A program made the position numbers and the translations under genes. Under the pieces are notes generated by a model. That model was given only the letters and a program-made list of their open reading frames with translations, was not told where the DNA came from and searched no databases. Below, in pieces: positions 37,501 to 51,675 of a stretch of DNA of 64,000 nucleotides. Each line of letters starts with the position of its first letter. Position 1 is the first letter of the stretch. Source of the DNA: Tubulanus polymorphus (Eukaryota > Animalia > Nemertea); contig NC_134028.1 of assembly GCF_964204645.1 (NCBI RefSeq), positions 23,060,345-23,124,344 of the forward strand, in the 5' to 3' direction.

Positions 37501-40500
37501 GAAATTTAATGATATTTTTCGTGTGAATTTAGGCGATTAATTTGGAAAAGAAGCAATTATATCAGCAATGGTCGAGCAGTTTAATCGGAATGAGACGTAG
37601 AGATGAAGCGCACGCCGCCATGACTGATGCTTTACAGTAAGTAATTCCTGAGATAATATTTGCTCCAAGAATGTTTCCTTGAGCTAGTAGTTTCTAGTTT
37701 TAGTCAAATAAACTTCTAGCAAAAGGAAACATTTTCGGCTTTAATGCAATTTTTTCACTTTTTTTGTGGCATTCTCTACATATCATCGTCAAAACACGGA
37801 CATAGTGTCTCTTCGATGGTTATAAATTCCTGTTTAACCTATACCGCGAATCTGTGAAGAAAATGATGAAATTAACGGTTTATCTCTTGCAGTCAACAGC
37901 AACAACAAATTCTATCGCTAGAAACTGAAATCGACGGCTTTAAGAAGTCGATTTTACATGAACAGGAAGAGAACGAGAAATTGACTCGCGTTTTACATAA
38001 AACGGATATGGACATCGCGACGGTTAAAAAACAGTTACAATCGTGTCAGGCTAAACACGAGATTCTGAAAGCCGAATATTCAACATACACTCGAATGTTA
38101 CATGAAACTGAACAGGCTTTGAACAGAGCTTCTACTGTAAGTTTTCCTGCATGGTTTGTAGGGATACTAAGTGCTGCTTTGTGGATAGAATTTGTTAAGG
38201 CCCTGGGTACGGTTCTCAAAAGTCAGTTAGAGTTAAGCAGAGGATTGTTGGCATAGTTAAAATTATAGCTGCATTATTATGCTCGGTTTTATAGAATGGT
38301 AACAACCCAGGGGCTAACTCAATTCATTATCAATTGAGTTAGCCCCAGGTCTAAAGTTAATACCAGTCTACATAACTGGGCCCAGTATTTATCCACTGGT
38401 TATGTTTAACTACCAACTTTTGAGCAACTGGCTCCTTGTGTCTACTTTTCACAATGATATCAATAACAGCTGAAAAGTGCACCCTTCTACATCAGAAGTG
38501 CTGAAAAATATTGCTTAAGCCTTGCTACAAATGTGGTATCCCTGAGATCAATGTTATATCTCATATGAATCAATATTCAGCGATTATGATTTTGACGCTT
38601 TGCGTTCGTTTCAGGATAAACAACTTCGTCAGAATGAACTGAACGCGTTGAGGAAACAAATCGAGCGAGAATATTTAGAGAAAGTGAAATTGGAAGACGA
38701 GATTATGGAAAAATTACGATCTCAACTAACGATGGATAAAGCCTCTATTTACACGGAGAAACTGACCGCTAAAATGAGGAATCGGACTAAAGAATTGGTA
38801 AGTTTGATTAGATGTTCATAATTTAAGATTTTTGTTCATGAATTTCTTAATATTATGGAAATGTTTTCGTTTCTTTACAGGAAGCACAAGTGGCCGTGGT
38901 TGAGAATGAAATTTCCAGGGATTCGTTGCAAGTATCCAACACGAAAACGCGTATCGAACACCTGAAAAAACTGCTCGAGATCCTCGACGAGGAGGTTCGC
39001 AATAAGAATCAAGTGATCGGTAAAAGTGAGAACGAAATCGTGAAACGCAACGCGGTCATCGAACGCAAACAGGGAATCATTGATCAGTACAACAAGAAAA
39101 TGGAAGTTATGATTTCTACTGCTGGGGTATGAATAACATGTGTTATATCTGTGTTTCATATTTTGGCAAAGGCTTTAGATTTAGTCTCATCAGGTCACAG
39201 TTCTAATTTATGGGAAACTGTACAGTAGACTCTGTTTGTCTCGGATCTTGTCGCACCAATAAATTCTATCTGAGGCACGATGCCAATTCCGGGGTAGTTT
39301 GAGCAGAGATGGATCAATATCACATTGAATTGGAGTTGATAGATAATGTAATGTCATGCGGGGCACATGATTATCTGAGGGAATCAACTCTGGAATAAAC
39401 AGTGCCTACTGTAACTGAAAAAGTAGTTGCTCAGAAGTTGGTTAACTGGTGAACAAATACCATAGTTGTAATGCATTTTCAATCGTCACTGTGTCAACAA
39501 TCCACTTCACTTTAACCAACTTTTGAGCAACTGACCCCAGAAATTTAACTCTTGAGTCAAACTTAAACCCGTGGACTTTGGAGTCGAGTCAAGGAAAAAA
39601 GTGTTCTGAATCTGATATCTCTTGACGTAGGGAGTAGAACTCGGACCGCTCGAGATAAACATCAACTCCATACAGAAGTCGATCGACAGTCGTCAAGGCG
39701 AAATCGCCGATTTACAACAGATGTGGCTGAGAGAACAGAGCGAATTAGTTCGTCTGAGCAAAGAGAAAGACACGCAGGGCGTAGACGTCGAACGCTTGAA
39801 GAAACAACTGACGATTTTATCTCAGAAGAAAATTAGAATTGAAAGTGAGTTTTTTGGTTTATCGAGTATAATATAGCTTATTAGAGTTAGCTGCTTACTG
39901 AGAGTGTTGTTCGCACGTTGTTGCAGATGAGATTGAAGTACAGAAGACGGATACAGCTGGAATTGAAAGGAATATCCGTAATATGCAGAATGATATGATC
40001 AAACTCAATACATTACTGCATAAAGAACAAGGAATCAAACACGATCTTCATCAGGGAACGATTCTAATGGAAAATGATTTCATCACTTCGCTGAAGGTAT
40101 TTACCGTTTCATTAGCACCGGTTAAATCTTTGTTGATATTGAATTCGTGTATTCGATAGATTTTGTTTTGTTCCTGTTTTTCTAGGAAGCAGAAAAGGAG
40201 TCGATTCAAATGCAAGAAAAACTGGAAACGTTGAAGGAAGAGAAGGATAGATTGTTGAATAGTTTGATTGAAGCTGAGTAAGTGAAAATCATTTCAGAAA
40301 TCAGCTCTTTTTACCTGTAAATCATGATATTGAATGTCTGTTGTTATTTCTCAGGCGTCAGATAATGTTATGGGAGAAGAAAACTCAGTTAGCTCAAGAG
40401 ACTCGGGCGGCCGTCGATTCTGAGGTCGGTCAGGGAGAAATGAGAGCGATGAAAGCGGAAATACATCGCATGCAAGTTCGATACGCGCAGTTGATGAGGC

Positions 40501-41515
40501 AACAGGAAAAGATGATACAAGAAATGGAAAAATCTGTCTCAAGGTAAACAGAATGAACGGCTTGTAATGCTCATTGAAGCGTTAGGAGCAAGGACAGAAC
40601 CAGAATATCTAGTATTCTTTCTGTCAAAAATCTAATTTCAGGAGAGACACGATCTGGACTCGTGGAGAAGCTCAACAGAAGATGCACAAGAAAGTTTTAA
40701 CGAAAGGATCGTTTCAACGACAACTCGCTGAAACTAAAAAGAAAATCAAAGTCACGTTACAGGTTCGTATAGCTTCGTATTTCAGCTTGAAACCGTTTCT
40801 TAATCGATTCATCCTTGATGTTAACGTATATGTGGTTTTTTAGGATGCTAATAATTGTGATTTGGAGATTAGAGAATTGCGGGAGAATCAGCAGGATCTC
40901 AGCGGTCAGTTGGAAGGTAGACAGGTTAATGTTCAGCAATTACAAGGTGAAAGCGATACGTTAGACGGTGACCTCGAACATCTGATGGAAACTAAACAGA
41001 AGGTAAATTCTAAAACTATCTGAAACTGAGTTTGATTTTCATTGTTCGGATCGTAGTTTCCCGAGACTAACCATACTGAATTATTTGTTTAACCTCACGA
41101 CGGGATGGCCTTAGTTTAAAGTGCTGCTCACGCGCTGTAAGCAGCCAGCCGGACTCAAAACTACTTGTCACTCAGCACTGACTGTGAACGCTACAGTATC
41201 ACATTATATCCCACTGAGCTACTCCTTTTCCTATAGAACAGCAGTACATGCCTTGCGTTCTTGTTTCAGAATCTGTCTGAACTTTTGACGAAGCAGCAAA
41301 AGTCTAAATACTACCAACAAGCTAAAGACGGTCGCTATACGAGATTGTGTAAAACAGACGTATCGCTGGAACAGGAGGCGCAGAAACAGACGAACAGAAT
41401 GCAAACATTGGCCGCAATCGTTGATCGTTTGAATCAAGAATATCCGCACGTTCAGCCAGCCATGCATCGTGTATCCATGGCTCTTTCAGCTCGGGGTTTA
41501 GAGGAAACCGCGTAG
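34562..41515 (+). CDS. CCDC40: Coiled-coil domain-containing protein 40 (axonemal 96-nm ruler), about 1184 aa
   Basis: Exons 34562-34593, 34810-34915, 35006-35096, 35183-35647, 35726-36015, 36104-36187, 36482-36701, 37072-37229, 37304-37444, 37533-37636, 37893-38136, 38615-38797, 38881-39126, 39631-39844, 39927-40096, 40186-40277, 40355-40543, 40642-40762, 40844-41002, 41270-41515 join in frame (3555 nt). Motifs [52 protein letters not shown]-terminal exons less certain. Confidence 0.93.
35300..35565 (+). repeat. 48-bp coding tandem repeat (EKPASRPxSAARPxSG) in CCDC40 exon 4
   Basis: About 4-5 units visible in DNA and in translation. Confidence 0.85.
36896..36938 (+). ncRNA. Degenerate minimal hammerhead-like motif in CCDC40 intron
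   Basis: AC-CUGAUGA (36900-36906)-short stem-GAAA (36927-36930)-GC-UC-GU; palindromic AGCU stem III; weak stem I. Confidence 0.45.
39223..39411. mobile_element. TA-flanked MITE
   Basis: TA|CAGTAGACTCTGTTT ... AAACAGTGCCTACTG|TA. Confidence 0.65.
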
Positions 41516-42657
41516 TGATATTGAGTCCTTATCTAATTGAAATTCCGTCCTCCAAAAATCAGTTTAATTAGTAATGTGTCCTTTAAAAAGTCGTCAATAA
41601 TACATGTATTGTAGCTTTCCTCTTTAATTACCATCAATGTCGAAGTTTTATACAAAATTTGGTGTTGTTGGTATTGCATGTTACCAGGTGATGGACACTT
41701 AATATAAATGAGGTGAAGATTAAAATAAACTGTGATTAATTAAGATCATATTGTATTTCATGGTATATATTTATTGTTTTAGTGTAAAAATAAAATCTAT
41801 TGAATCAAATATTGAAATTTGTGTCTTTGGCTCCATTGCATTCTGAATGGATGTTTGAAATCTCAAATAGTTAACTTAATTTTCTGTTACTGCGGAACTA
41901 AATTTAGACAAACCTTGGAGTAATCTTGGACTGATTACGCAAAGGTTAAACATTTGCTGGGTCCAGGTCTTCTCTCTAGGGCTATCGTCTTATTCGTTTA
42001 ACTCTGGCTTGGTCCAGGGCTAGGCTTGTGCTGGACTATTCTCTCAATACAAACTGTGCAGCAAATAACTTCAAGGAGGTTCAATAACCAAACAATATAA
42101 GATCCTTCTTATTGAAATACCGGTACGTGAAGACAACGTAGAAAATCTTAAAGAAAATGATTAATCTTTATTGCGTAATCAGTAATAAAAAGCAGACAAT
42201 ATTGTATAAAATTACAGCAGACAACATGTTTGCATACAGCGTGAGCAGCAATAAAACAACATCACAAAAACTAATATCATCATCAGACACTGACGAACTG
42301 ATGGGGAGCAATTTGGAAGCATTTTATCTATCAAATTTCTGCTAGAAAAATACAGCGCGGAACTTCAAATTAAAACTTCCAATCCATGAGCATTAGTAAA
42401 AAATATCATGAATAATATCTATTTGATTAGTTTAGACACACACTGTAAGCCATCGATTAGTTGAATGTTCTAGGTACCTTCCTTGTCTACAGTTAACTAA
42501 TGAACCAATATCAAAACTAATACATACGCATTTACTAACATACAATCACCCTTTCAAGTATTCACTTATATAAATCTGATTGAACAAAACGTAAAGGTAG
42601 AAATAAAAGCTATGTAAATCGAACCAAGAAACGAATATCTAGGTAAGGTAACTTGTT

Positions 42658-42718
42658 ATCTTGTTAATGTGACCATTACCTTGTTAATGTGACCATTACC
42701 TTGTTAATGTGACCATTA
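42658..42718. repeat. 20-bp tandem repeat, 3 copies
   Basis: CCTTGTTAATGTGACCATTA repeated. Confidence 0.9.
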
Positions 42719-44159
42719 ACAATCAAATATAGAGCTTTCTGCTGCGGTGAAAAATATCCTACATATTACTAATCAAAATAAAAGACTTTTCGTCTTCAAA
42801 ATTACAAAGGCATAAAATATCACCGTATGAAGCATACATTGCACTTTAGAGTGAAGCATAAGTTATTCATTAATTTATGAAAATATTCAGATTACTGCGA
42901 TTACTGTGAACGCTCTCATATTAATATCAATATATGTCGATAAATACAAATATATAATACTATTGTTTGAAGTGTATAGTGAATTGATTTAAAGGTAACG
43001 TGTCTCTGTGATAGCAAATGTCATGAATCACTAATACCACCACACATACATACATACATTACATACATACATGTATGTAATTACGACCTCATATTACGTG
43101 TCACCTGATGAATTATTGATATAAAACTCGTTACAAGTTTGTAACAAGTGCAAAACCGACAACAACAACAATAACAACAGCGATCTCTAAATCGTGACCA
43201 TGACCAGGCATACGAAGTGTGCACAATATGTAAATGCATTTCAGTGATCACAGAATTAGATTAAAATCATACGAAGACTTTTATTACGAGCAGGAAGTTC
43301 CATTTATCACTTATACCGGTATTTCTAATCGGATATTGCGAACGAGACAAAACTGTTTTGAAAGCGATCGAATTTGAAATCGATATACCGCGAGAAAGAA
43401 CAATACGTTTTAAAAAGTTATTCCGTAAATTGACACGAAACAAATAGACGAACACAGAACAGGCATTCACGCATGATATCATGGTCGCAATATAATTTCA
43501 ATCAGACCTCAAACAACCTTTGAGCATTCAGGCCCCCTCCCACCCTGGGTGGATAGCACCATTATAGACAATCAGAATTCAACACTCATTAACTCCATTA
43601 CGATAATAAACATAAATACGGTACAGACTGAACAGACGGGTACTTACTACAAATAATTACATATTAACATGGAAGAAATTTTTGCTCTCAGGAAGAACGA
43701 GTTTACGTTCCCCAAACTTCACGAACATATTATTCAGCCACGAAACTAACTGGCCAGCATTAACTCTGACCGCGTTAGTTAACACACCGAGGAATGTGAT
43801 GACTAGAGGTTTATTACCAATAGGATTTCTCTAGCTTTCGAATCACTTATAACTACGGGTAGATACATTTTGCATACCGGTATATCGAAAACTGTAAATG
43901 GCACAAATCTCTCTCATGTATATATATATATATATATATTATATACATAAATATACATATATCGTCTATAGTTCTAATCAATATGAATCGAGATGGACAG
44001 TCTAATATCGCGAGACACGTCATCTGTCATAGAGCGAATCTCTCTGTAATCATCATTAATAAACGTGTAATACTGTTACTGCAACAAACAGAATCATTTC
44101 AGCACATATAATATCATGGAATGTTCGTAGTCTGTAAGTCACCCCGCGTACGACCTGAG

Positions 44160-47100
44160 CTACAGAGTACCGTGACTAGCGGCGGTACACGATAACAAAC
44201 TTCCGATATTTTTACTTTTCTTCGTTTTTTCTCTCTTTTTTGTCCTTTTCTTCTTTTGTTTTGGTTCTAACTTTTCTTCCGATCCACCTGAAACACAGCG
44301 ATATCAACGTCAACGTACGTCAAATCCAGGACCTTATCAATCATGTGCAGCAAACTATCAATGTTGCATCCAACAACCGACAACCGACCATCACACCTAA
44401 AGCCTAGGTATACATATATATATATATCTATTTACAGTGACAGCTAGAAACAATTGTGTCGATCACCGAAATAAACATAGATGGACACAACACCAAATAT
44501 ACCGTATGCACTAACCACTTATGTTCCTTTTTGCTGCTATAAACTGAATGGTAATGATGTACACATAGTTTTAAACAACCAAATTCAAGAGTTACATTGA
44601 TTGTGAACTGAATAAAAATTTATGTTCAATACCTGGAAACTTCCGGGCCATCATTTCTTCAATTCTCTTATCTTCCTCTTCATGCCTGGAAAACATATTT
44701 TACTCCGTATGCAAAAACTAGATTGAAAATACCACGTAAAATCTGAAGCGGAGGTTTTTTTTTCAATACGAACCTCAATCGGTCCTCGTCCATGATATCC
44801 ACGATTGAATTGCGACGATCGACGATATCTAATAATTGTTTCAGTAATTCTTCTTCTCTCGTTTTATCTTCTTTAGTTTTCTGAGCCTCTGTAAATCGGA
44901 ATAAATCAATGAGGTTCGACACGAACAACAGCAGTTCCTTCATCATCAGGGTTCCTACAGATCTGAGAATCTAAAATTCCCTGATATTTCTCTGACCCTC
45001 GACCAAAAATTTCCCTATTTGAATTACAAGATATCCTCAACAGGGAATGTTTCTTAACAGAGGGTTCCTCGTGCCACTCATCAGCAAGAACAAGACACTG
45101 CAAATTCAAATTCCCTGACTTTCCTAGAAGAGTCAGAATGCTCTGATCTGTAAGAATCTTCAGCTAATTCATCAAATACAGGTCTATGTACCGTACCTTG
45201 TTTATGCATAAGTTGTCTCAGTTCATGTTCTATATCATTATGTTCAGCCTCTAATTCTTGTTGTTTGGCCCTGGTTTAACAAAACAGTTGTCAAAGATTT
45301 ACATCAATTATCATCGGAAACATTGCCGTGACTTGTAGAGTGATATTAATCTCAGTACATGTATATCAGAATTGATGAGAAAAACCAATTTGATGATTTA
45401 ACAATTTATTCTGACAGTTTCAAAGTTAAGTCAAAACTTTGAAACTCTCGGAATAAACTGTTAAATCATCGACTGTTGGTTTTGCACAGAAATATTACTG
45501 TAATTCACTCACAGATGAATAAGTTCAATTTCTCGACGCACTAATTGATTCTTCTCGTTCACTAACTGAAACCATTTAACCATCAAAGACTCCTCGTTGC
45601 TGGCTTCCTTCAATTCAGCTGCAAATTTAACGATTGTTCAGTAAAACTTCTAAAAATTCTAGCGGATACATATAGAAAGAAATTTCAGCGCATAAAAACC
45701 TTCTCGTATAGCCTCTTCCAGTATCCGTCCTTGCTGTTCTAATTTCGTTTGTTTGGCATCGATTTCAATCAATTCGACGTTTATTTCTTCGCGAGACATC
45801 GGAGCGCTCACCTGAGAAAAAATATACGTGTCCCGATTACGAAATCCTCGTTCACTCATTTACTCCGAGGCAGGTTTCGATTCATCCCCGCTTGCCAGGG
45901 TTTGATTGCCTCCCGCCGAAGCTCACGACAACACAAACCCTGGCCGCAGGCCCTTGGGTGAACAGGTCGCCACTCAGCGACCACTAGTCTATATATCTAG
46001 CCAATCAGATGCGTTGTTTTGATAGATTAAATCTGCCAGTCAAAAACAATGCATCTGAGTGGCATAATACATAGAATGGTGTTTGTCTAAGATATGTTCA
46101 TGAGCTTCAACGGGAGGCTCTCAAACCTTGGCAAATGAGGATGGTTTCGATTGAATGCATTTCGGTTTAGGAGTTTAAATTCCGGATTACGCACTCTCTA
46201 TCGGTCACTTCTATCAGGTTTATAGATTATGCAATTCCGCTACAGGAAGAGCATATTCTGGTTAAAACAAAGACCGCTGACGAGAATTCTGGAATCGAAA
46301 GAGACAAATCAAAACCTGCCTTATACTATATTATCGTACCTGTCTCCTCGGAGGTAAAGGTCGAGGTGGAGCCGGTCGCTTGTTTTTACCGCTGATCTCC
46401 GAGTATAAATGTTCCTCGTCGGTATCGAGTTTCGTACTGCTGTCCAACGTGGAGTCGAAATTAAACTCTCGACTCGGTAGAATTTTGCGTCGATCGACGC
46501 GATTATCCGGTGAGGAGGCCGAATCGAATGGTTTAACGTGAATCAAAATTTTATTGCTTTTTTCTCGTTCGATCGCGGCGACCTCGTCGTCGTAGAACAT
46601 GCTGCGCGGCGGTTTCTCCGGGGCCGGTCCCGGGTCGGGGATTTTCGGCAGTTTGCGATGTTTGGGCGGAGGCGGCGCGCGACCTTTACGCGCCGACGAC
46701 GGACTGACCGGTTTACCACCGGCGTGTTTCGGTTTACGCGGCGGAGTCTCCAGGAAACTGTGGCGATTCTCGGCGTCCGACAACGATCGTTCTAATTCCT
46801 CGTTTTTATGATTATCCGCTAATTCTTTCGTACGCGTGACGACCGGCGACGGTTTCGGCGAATCGAACGATTTCACCGATTCGACCGATTTTGATTTCAC
46901 GTTCCCGGCGGTAACGATATTTTTGTCGGTTTCCCCGTCGTCGCGAGCGGAGGATTTTTCCGCGACGAATCGACCGGTGCTCGTTTTGTCGGGTAAAAAG
47001 TCGTCGTCGTCGAATATATCCGAATCGCTTTGATCTTCGTCGAGAAACGGATTCGATGATTTCTTTTTCGTTGCAGTTTTTTCATCGTCATGTTTATCGA

Positions 47101-50100
47101 TTTGTTTCGCGCTAGTCGTAGCCGGTGGTTGAGGTCGGACCGGAGGAGTTTTTGATGATGATGGTGATGATATTGTTGGTGGTTGAGCCGGTCGTCGAGG
47201 TGCAGCACGTTTTTTACTCGGAGTCGCCAGACTATCGGTACATTTACTTGCCTCCTCCTCATCCTCATCAGCAAATGGATTCAGTAAATCGGGATATGAT
47301 ATTGCGGACGATACTTTCGCTCCAGATTCACTAGATCCTTTAGATTCACCAGATTCTCTTTTAGAAGCAGTAGACCCTCTTCTAGATTCACTAGATCCTT
47401 TAGATTCACCAGATTCTCTTTTAGAAGAGGTAGATCCTCTTCTAGATTCACTAGATCCTTTAGATTCACCAGATTCCCTTTTAAAATCACTAGATCCTCT
47501 TCTAGATTTGCCGGCTCCTATAGATTCACCGGGTTCTCTCTTAGCACCACTCGATCCTCTTCTAGATTCGTAAGCTCTTTTAGATTCACCAGATTCTACT
47601 CTAGATTCACTAGATTCTCTTTTAGTCGGCGATTCCGCCACAGTTTTATCAACGACTGGACTCGTGTAGAACGCCGGCCGATTTGACTTAGTCTTTGAAC
47701 TCATTTCATTATCGATCACAGTTTTTCGATCTTCTACCCCAGATATTCTCTTCAAGTAAGCACTGGCTATATTCGGAGTCTTTTTATCGCTAACGCTAGT
47801 TGTTTTTTCGGGTGTGTTTATCTGATATGACTGACTCGAGGTGGCGTTACTGTTAATCGCTGTTGGACTCGTGCCTTCTGGGTCATCGCGATCGACCTCT
47901 TCAGTCGCCACTGATTTCCGAACGACGGCTAAACTCGCCAATAATCCCGCTTTCACCTTGCGATCTCCGGCCGAATCCGCTTTGCGTATCTTCTTCGAGA
48001 AATCGATTTGACTGTAAACGACCGAGCTGGCGGGGGGAGCTACCTTCGATACGGCGACGTCTGCTCCGAATTCTTTAGATCTCGGAGACGCCGCCGGTTT
48101 ACGATCTACATCCATCGGCTGCGGGTCTCCGCCATCTTTATCTCGCGCGGGCGGCCATCTCGCTAGAACGCCTTTTCGTTCGTTCGACGTATCGATTTGT
48201 TTGGTAATAATAGCGGACTGAGCGGGACTCTCACAACCGTCCGGTTTTCCGATGACGACTCTCACGTGCGACGTCGTTTCCGCGTCAGATTTCTGAGGCG
48301 TTCTACTCGATTCCGATCCGTTACGAATCGACACCACGGTTCCTTGTATCGGGCCTTTTACGGTTTTCGATATTAACGCCGATTTATTTTGTTGGTTCGT
48401 ATCTTTGCGATTCGACCCGTTATCGTCGTTCAATAAAGCGGTCGGAATAGACGGTCGCGCTAGGAAAGTTCCGCGAGACGCGGGACTCCCGTTACTCACC
48501 GATTTCGCGTCGGTTTTCGGAGTCTTCGACTCGGACTTTCTTCTCTCACGAAAACACGACCTGTGATAGAGTTTATTTCCGGACACGTGACGTTCTAAAA
48601 TGTAGACTTTCTTTCCGCATTCGCTGCAATTCATTCCTAATGATGTTCGTGAAGTTGGGGCCGGGGAAACATTCTAAAAAGAAAAACAAGAACAAATTTT
48701 TATCATATCAGATAAGAATAGAATTCATTCTCAAAGTCTTAATAGGCAATCTGAACCTAAACCCACCTAATAAACATAGTCAACTATCAACCTTATTTAG
48801 ACTAGATAAGATCAAAGAGTTTAATGGAATTTATGTTTTTATCTATTGTAAGTAGTTTGAAAGTTGATTAATTTCATTCTTTAAGGAGTATTTGATGGGG
48901 TTTTTCAAGAAAAGACATCTGAAAAATGACTCAGATAAAACACACATATAAAAAGACGGTATTTCAGCACATAATCATGCGAACTGCAGACTGTGTAAAG
49001 AAAAAAAAAACGTAAAAACTTCCAAACATTGTGATCTGTCGAAGTCTGTGCCCAAATCAATTCAACCCCAGCCTACTATGACTTAGGCCTATAGTAACAC
49101 CCATGCTCTATTGAGGACCGAATGACACTTTAAAAAAAACCAGAGACAATGACATTTTACAATTTGTTCAACACAAAACATCGATGAATATTTTCTCGAT
49201 GCGCATATAAAACATTTCAAATTTACGAGTAGATTTTGAAATCATGTGAATACAGTGGTACAAAAAACACACAGAAACTACGAGATGAAGAGGACACTCC
49301 TCTCGCAGAGGAGGAGACTGTGACACGCATGGTACACACACACACACTGTGATTATTGATTATACTTACCATAAACTAATTAACAACTAACACACACACT
49401 ACAAACTCAACTGAATTATAATATTAATCATCTGATTATTTGAACCTTCTATTAACTATCAATGATTTTAAACCCATTCCCTTACGGATATACGGTTCAC
49501 AAGACAAACACCAGGTGGAGTATTTATTGAAACGGTTTTCTCTGCGCTAGACTACTAACCACTATGTTACTACTGACTAACTGATTATAGAATTGAATTT
49601 GATGTTAATAAACCGACCTTCTCTTCGCAAGGTTTCTTAGCGCCAGGTTGTAATTATTATTATTATTATTATTATTATTTTTTTTTTAATCCTTCACTTA
49701 ATTATCAATGATCTTAAATCAATTTATCAATTTTCCCTTACAAACAATTCACAAGACAAACACAGGAACTCTCATCTCTCTACTAACCCGGGGACTAATA
49801 AACTACTGATTATAGAATTGTTAATTCATGATCATGGTCTTACAGATCGGGGAACCCAAAATTTCCTGATATACCCCGGCCCTTGACCAAAATTCCCTGG
49901 ACCTATGAGATATTTTCAGCGGGGGCCGTACCAGCAAAGATTGAATTCCCTGATTTTCATGAAACGAGTCAGAATTCCCTGATTTCTCTGATCTGTAAGA
50001 ACCCAGTCTGATGACAGGAGAATCTATTGCTTATTTAAGTTAATAAACTGACCTTTTCCTCGCACGGTTTCTTAGCGTCAGCAGGTTGTGACCGGGGAAC

Positions 50101-51196
50101 GGGCGAGGCGGCGCGTTTAATATCCGTTTTAAATCTCTTCACATTCGGTCCACCTTCTACAAATAATCAATCATTAAATACAACTTTAATTAATATTCAG
50201 CTAATTAATGACCAAAATGATCAATAAATATTGATAATGTACGCACCCGGTTTTTCATTTCTAAGCGCGTTATAAAACTGCGATACGTATGTGATAACGC
50301 TGAGTCTGTCCGGAATCGCCATCGCTATCATATCTTCCGCTTCTAACAGCGCCGGTATTCCCATCTCCTTCTCGGCTATTCTGAAAGCCTGAAAACACCA
50401 CATTATCCAGAAAATTAATTCACAATTCAACGCGTTATTACAAAAGAATCACTTGTAATCACAAGATATGTCTTCTTATAGTAGAACATAGAAATGCCAC
50501 AATTATAATTTGAGAAAAAAATTTTACTACCAGGCCCCTTCCAAAAAGTATAAATCAGTGTCTAATAGAAAGTCAATTTTTCAATGTTTTTAGGTACTTT
50601 TTTACAAATTGTCGAATTTTTATCGGATTTTCATTGAATTTATGGACGTTTTATAAGAGATGAATTTGAAATTCTACATTACCAGAGCATTATTTTCGAC
50701 GACATTTTCTTTTGAAAGAGAATGAAAATCCCTATAAAAAAAGATGCAATAATAGACCTGAGTTAAACAGTTCTGGTAAATCATCGAATCTGTAGAGAAC
50801 CGATATGAACTTGTAGATTTTATAGCCCCGTAGGCAGGAAGTCTAGGATGAAGTGTTTACATCCATTCAGCATCTATTAATAGACCACAACTAAATGTCA
50901 TTGAAATGTCGCATCGACCTCGACTCATTTTAAGTACTCTGTGTAATAAATGCTGCGGATTATTTCCCGTCCTTATCTGAACACTTAATCTATTGATACT
51001 CTAAACAATAAATAATGAGAGCTTTAAATAGAAGTAACTCTCACATGATGTCCGGTCTGAAGCGATGAATCAGGGCACAAAATGCCAAACCGTCTCTCCA
51101 CGAAGAGGTCATATTTCTGACATCGACCCCTGGATAGCCTTCTACTTGTTTCTTGCACCATAATTCCAAACCTTTCAATTTCAAAGCTTGCGACAT
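44160..51196 (-). CDS. MICAL-like protein (CH domain, half LIM, low-complexity region with NPF motifs, bMERB coiled coil), about 1122 aa
   Basis: Exons 51196-51045, 50731-50683, 50388-50247, 50156-50053, 48673-46340, 45811-45700, 45618-45513, 45270-45197, 44888-44774, 44685-44633, 44287-44160 (3369 nt). CH motif WCKKQVEGY...[19 protein letters not shown]; two NPF motifs followed by acidic residues; bMERB motif [15 protein letters not shown]; no monooxygenase domain. Likely co-orthologue of MICALL1/MICALL2. Confidence 0.9.
47320..47622 (-). repeat. 60-bp coding tandem repeat ([20 protein letters not shown]) in the MICAL-like large exon
   Basis: TAGATTCACCAGATTC recurs at 47341, 47401, 47461, 47581 with a variant at 47521. 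Confidence 0.9.
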
Positions 51197-51540
51197 TTTT
51201 CGTTTCGCGGCACGAGAGTGCGGCTTGAGTAGAGGATCTTGATTCCGTAAATGACTAACTGCAAGTAGAGCAATAAGTAATTACAAGGCTCAATTTACAA
51301 GATTCTATTATCTATATAAAGCATATTCTAGGGATCCGCCATTATCTGCGTCAAAGTTTGGCGGTATCGCAGTTTAACCTTCAAATTAAATTTTCTGATC
51401 AAGAAAACACAGCAAAGAACTAAAAATTTCTTGTGTCCTGTCGAGATAGTGGTTTCATTTGCAGTATTCTAATCGAAATCATGACCAAAATGTCAACAAC
51501 GGGAAAGGACAAATCTAGTCAAGATATAGTAACTTCAGCC

Positions 51541-51675
51541 ACAGGGACTTGTCACAATTGATAGTGAGTAAAACCAGTATCAATGACCAGCCCCCTATTA
51601 TACAGGGATACTGGGGTTGGTCATTGATACTCTAGTTTTATTCGTTCACCACCATCAATTGTGACAAGTCCCTGT
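51541..51675. mobile_element. Palindromic MITE, family A
   Basis: ACAGGGACTTGTCACAATTGAT ... ATCAATTGTGACAAGTCCCTGT, perfect 22-bp inverted ends. Confidence 0.8.

Noticed and set aside
43084-43125. Additional hammerhead (CACCTGATGAA...)
   Set aside because: CUGAUGA present but GAAA and stems are not intact.
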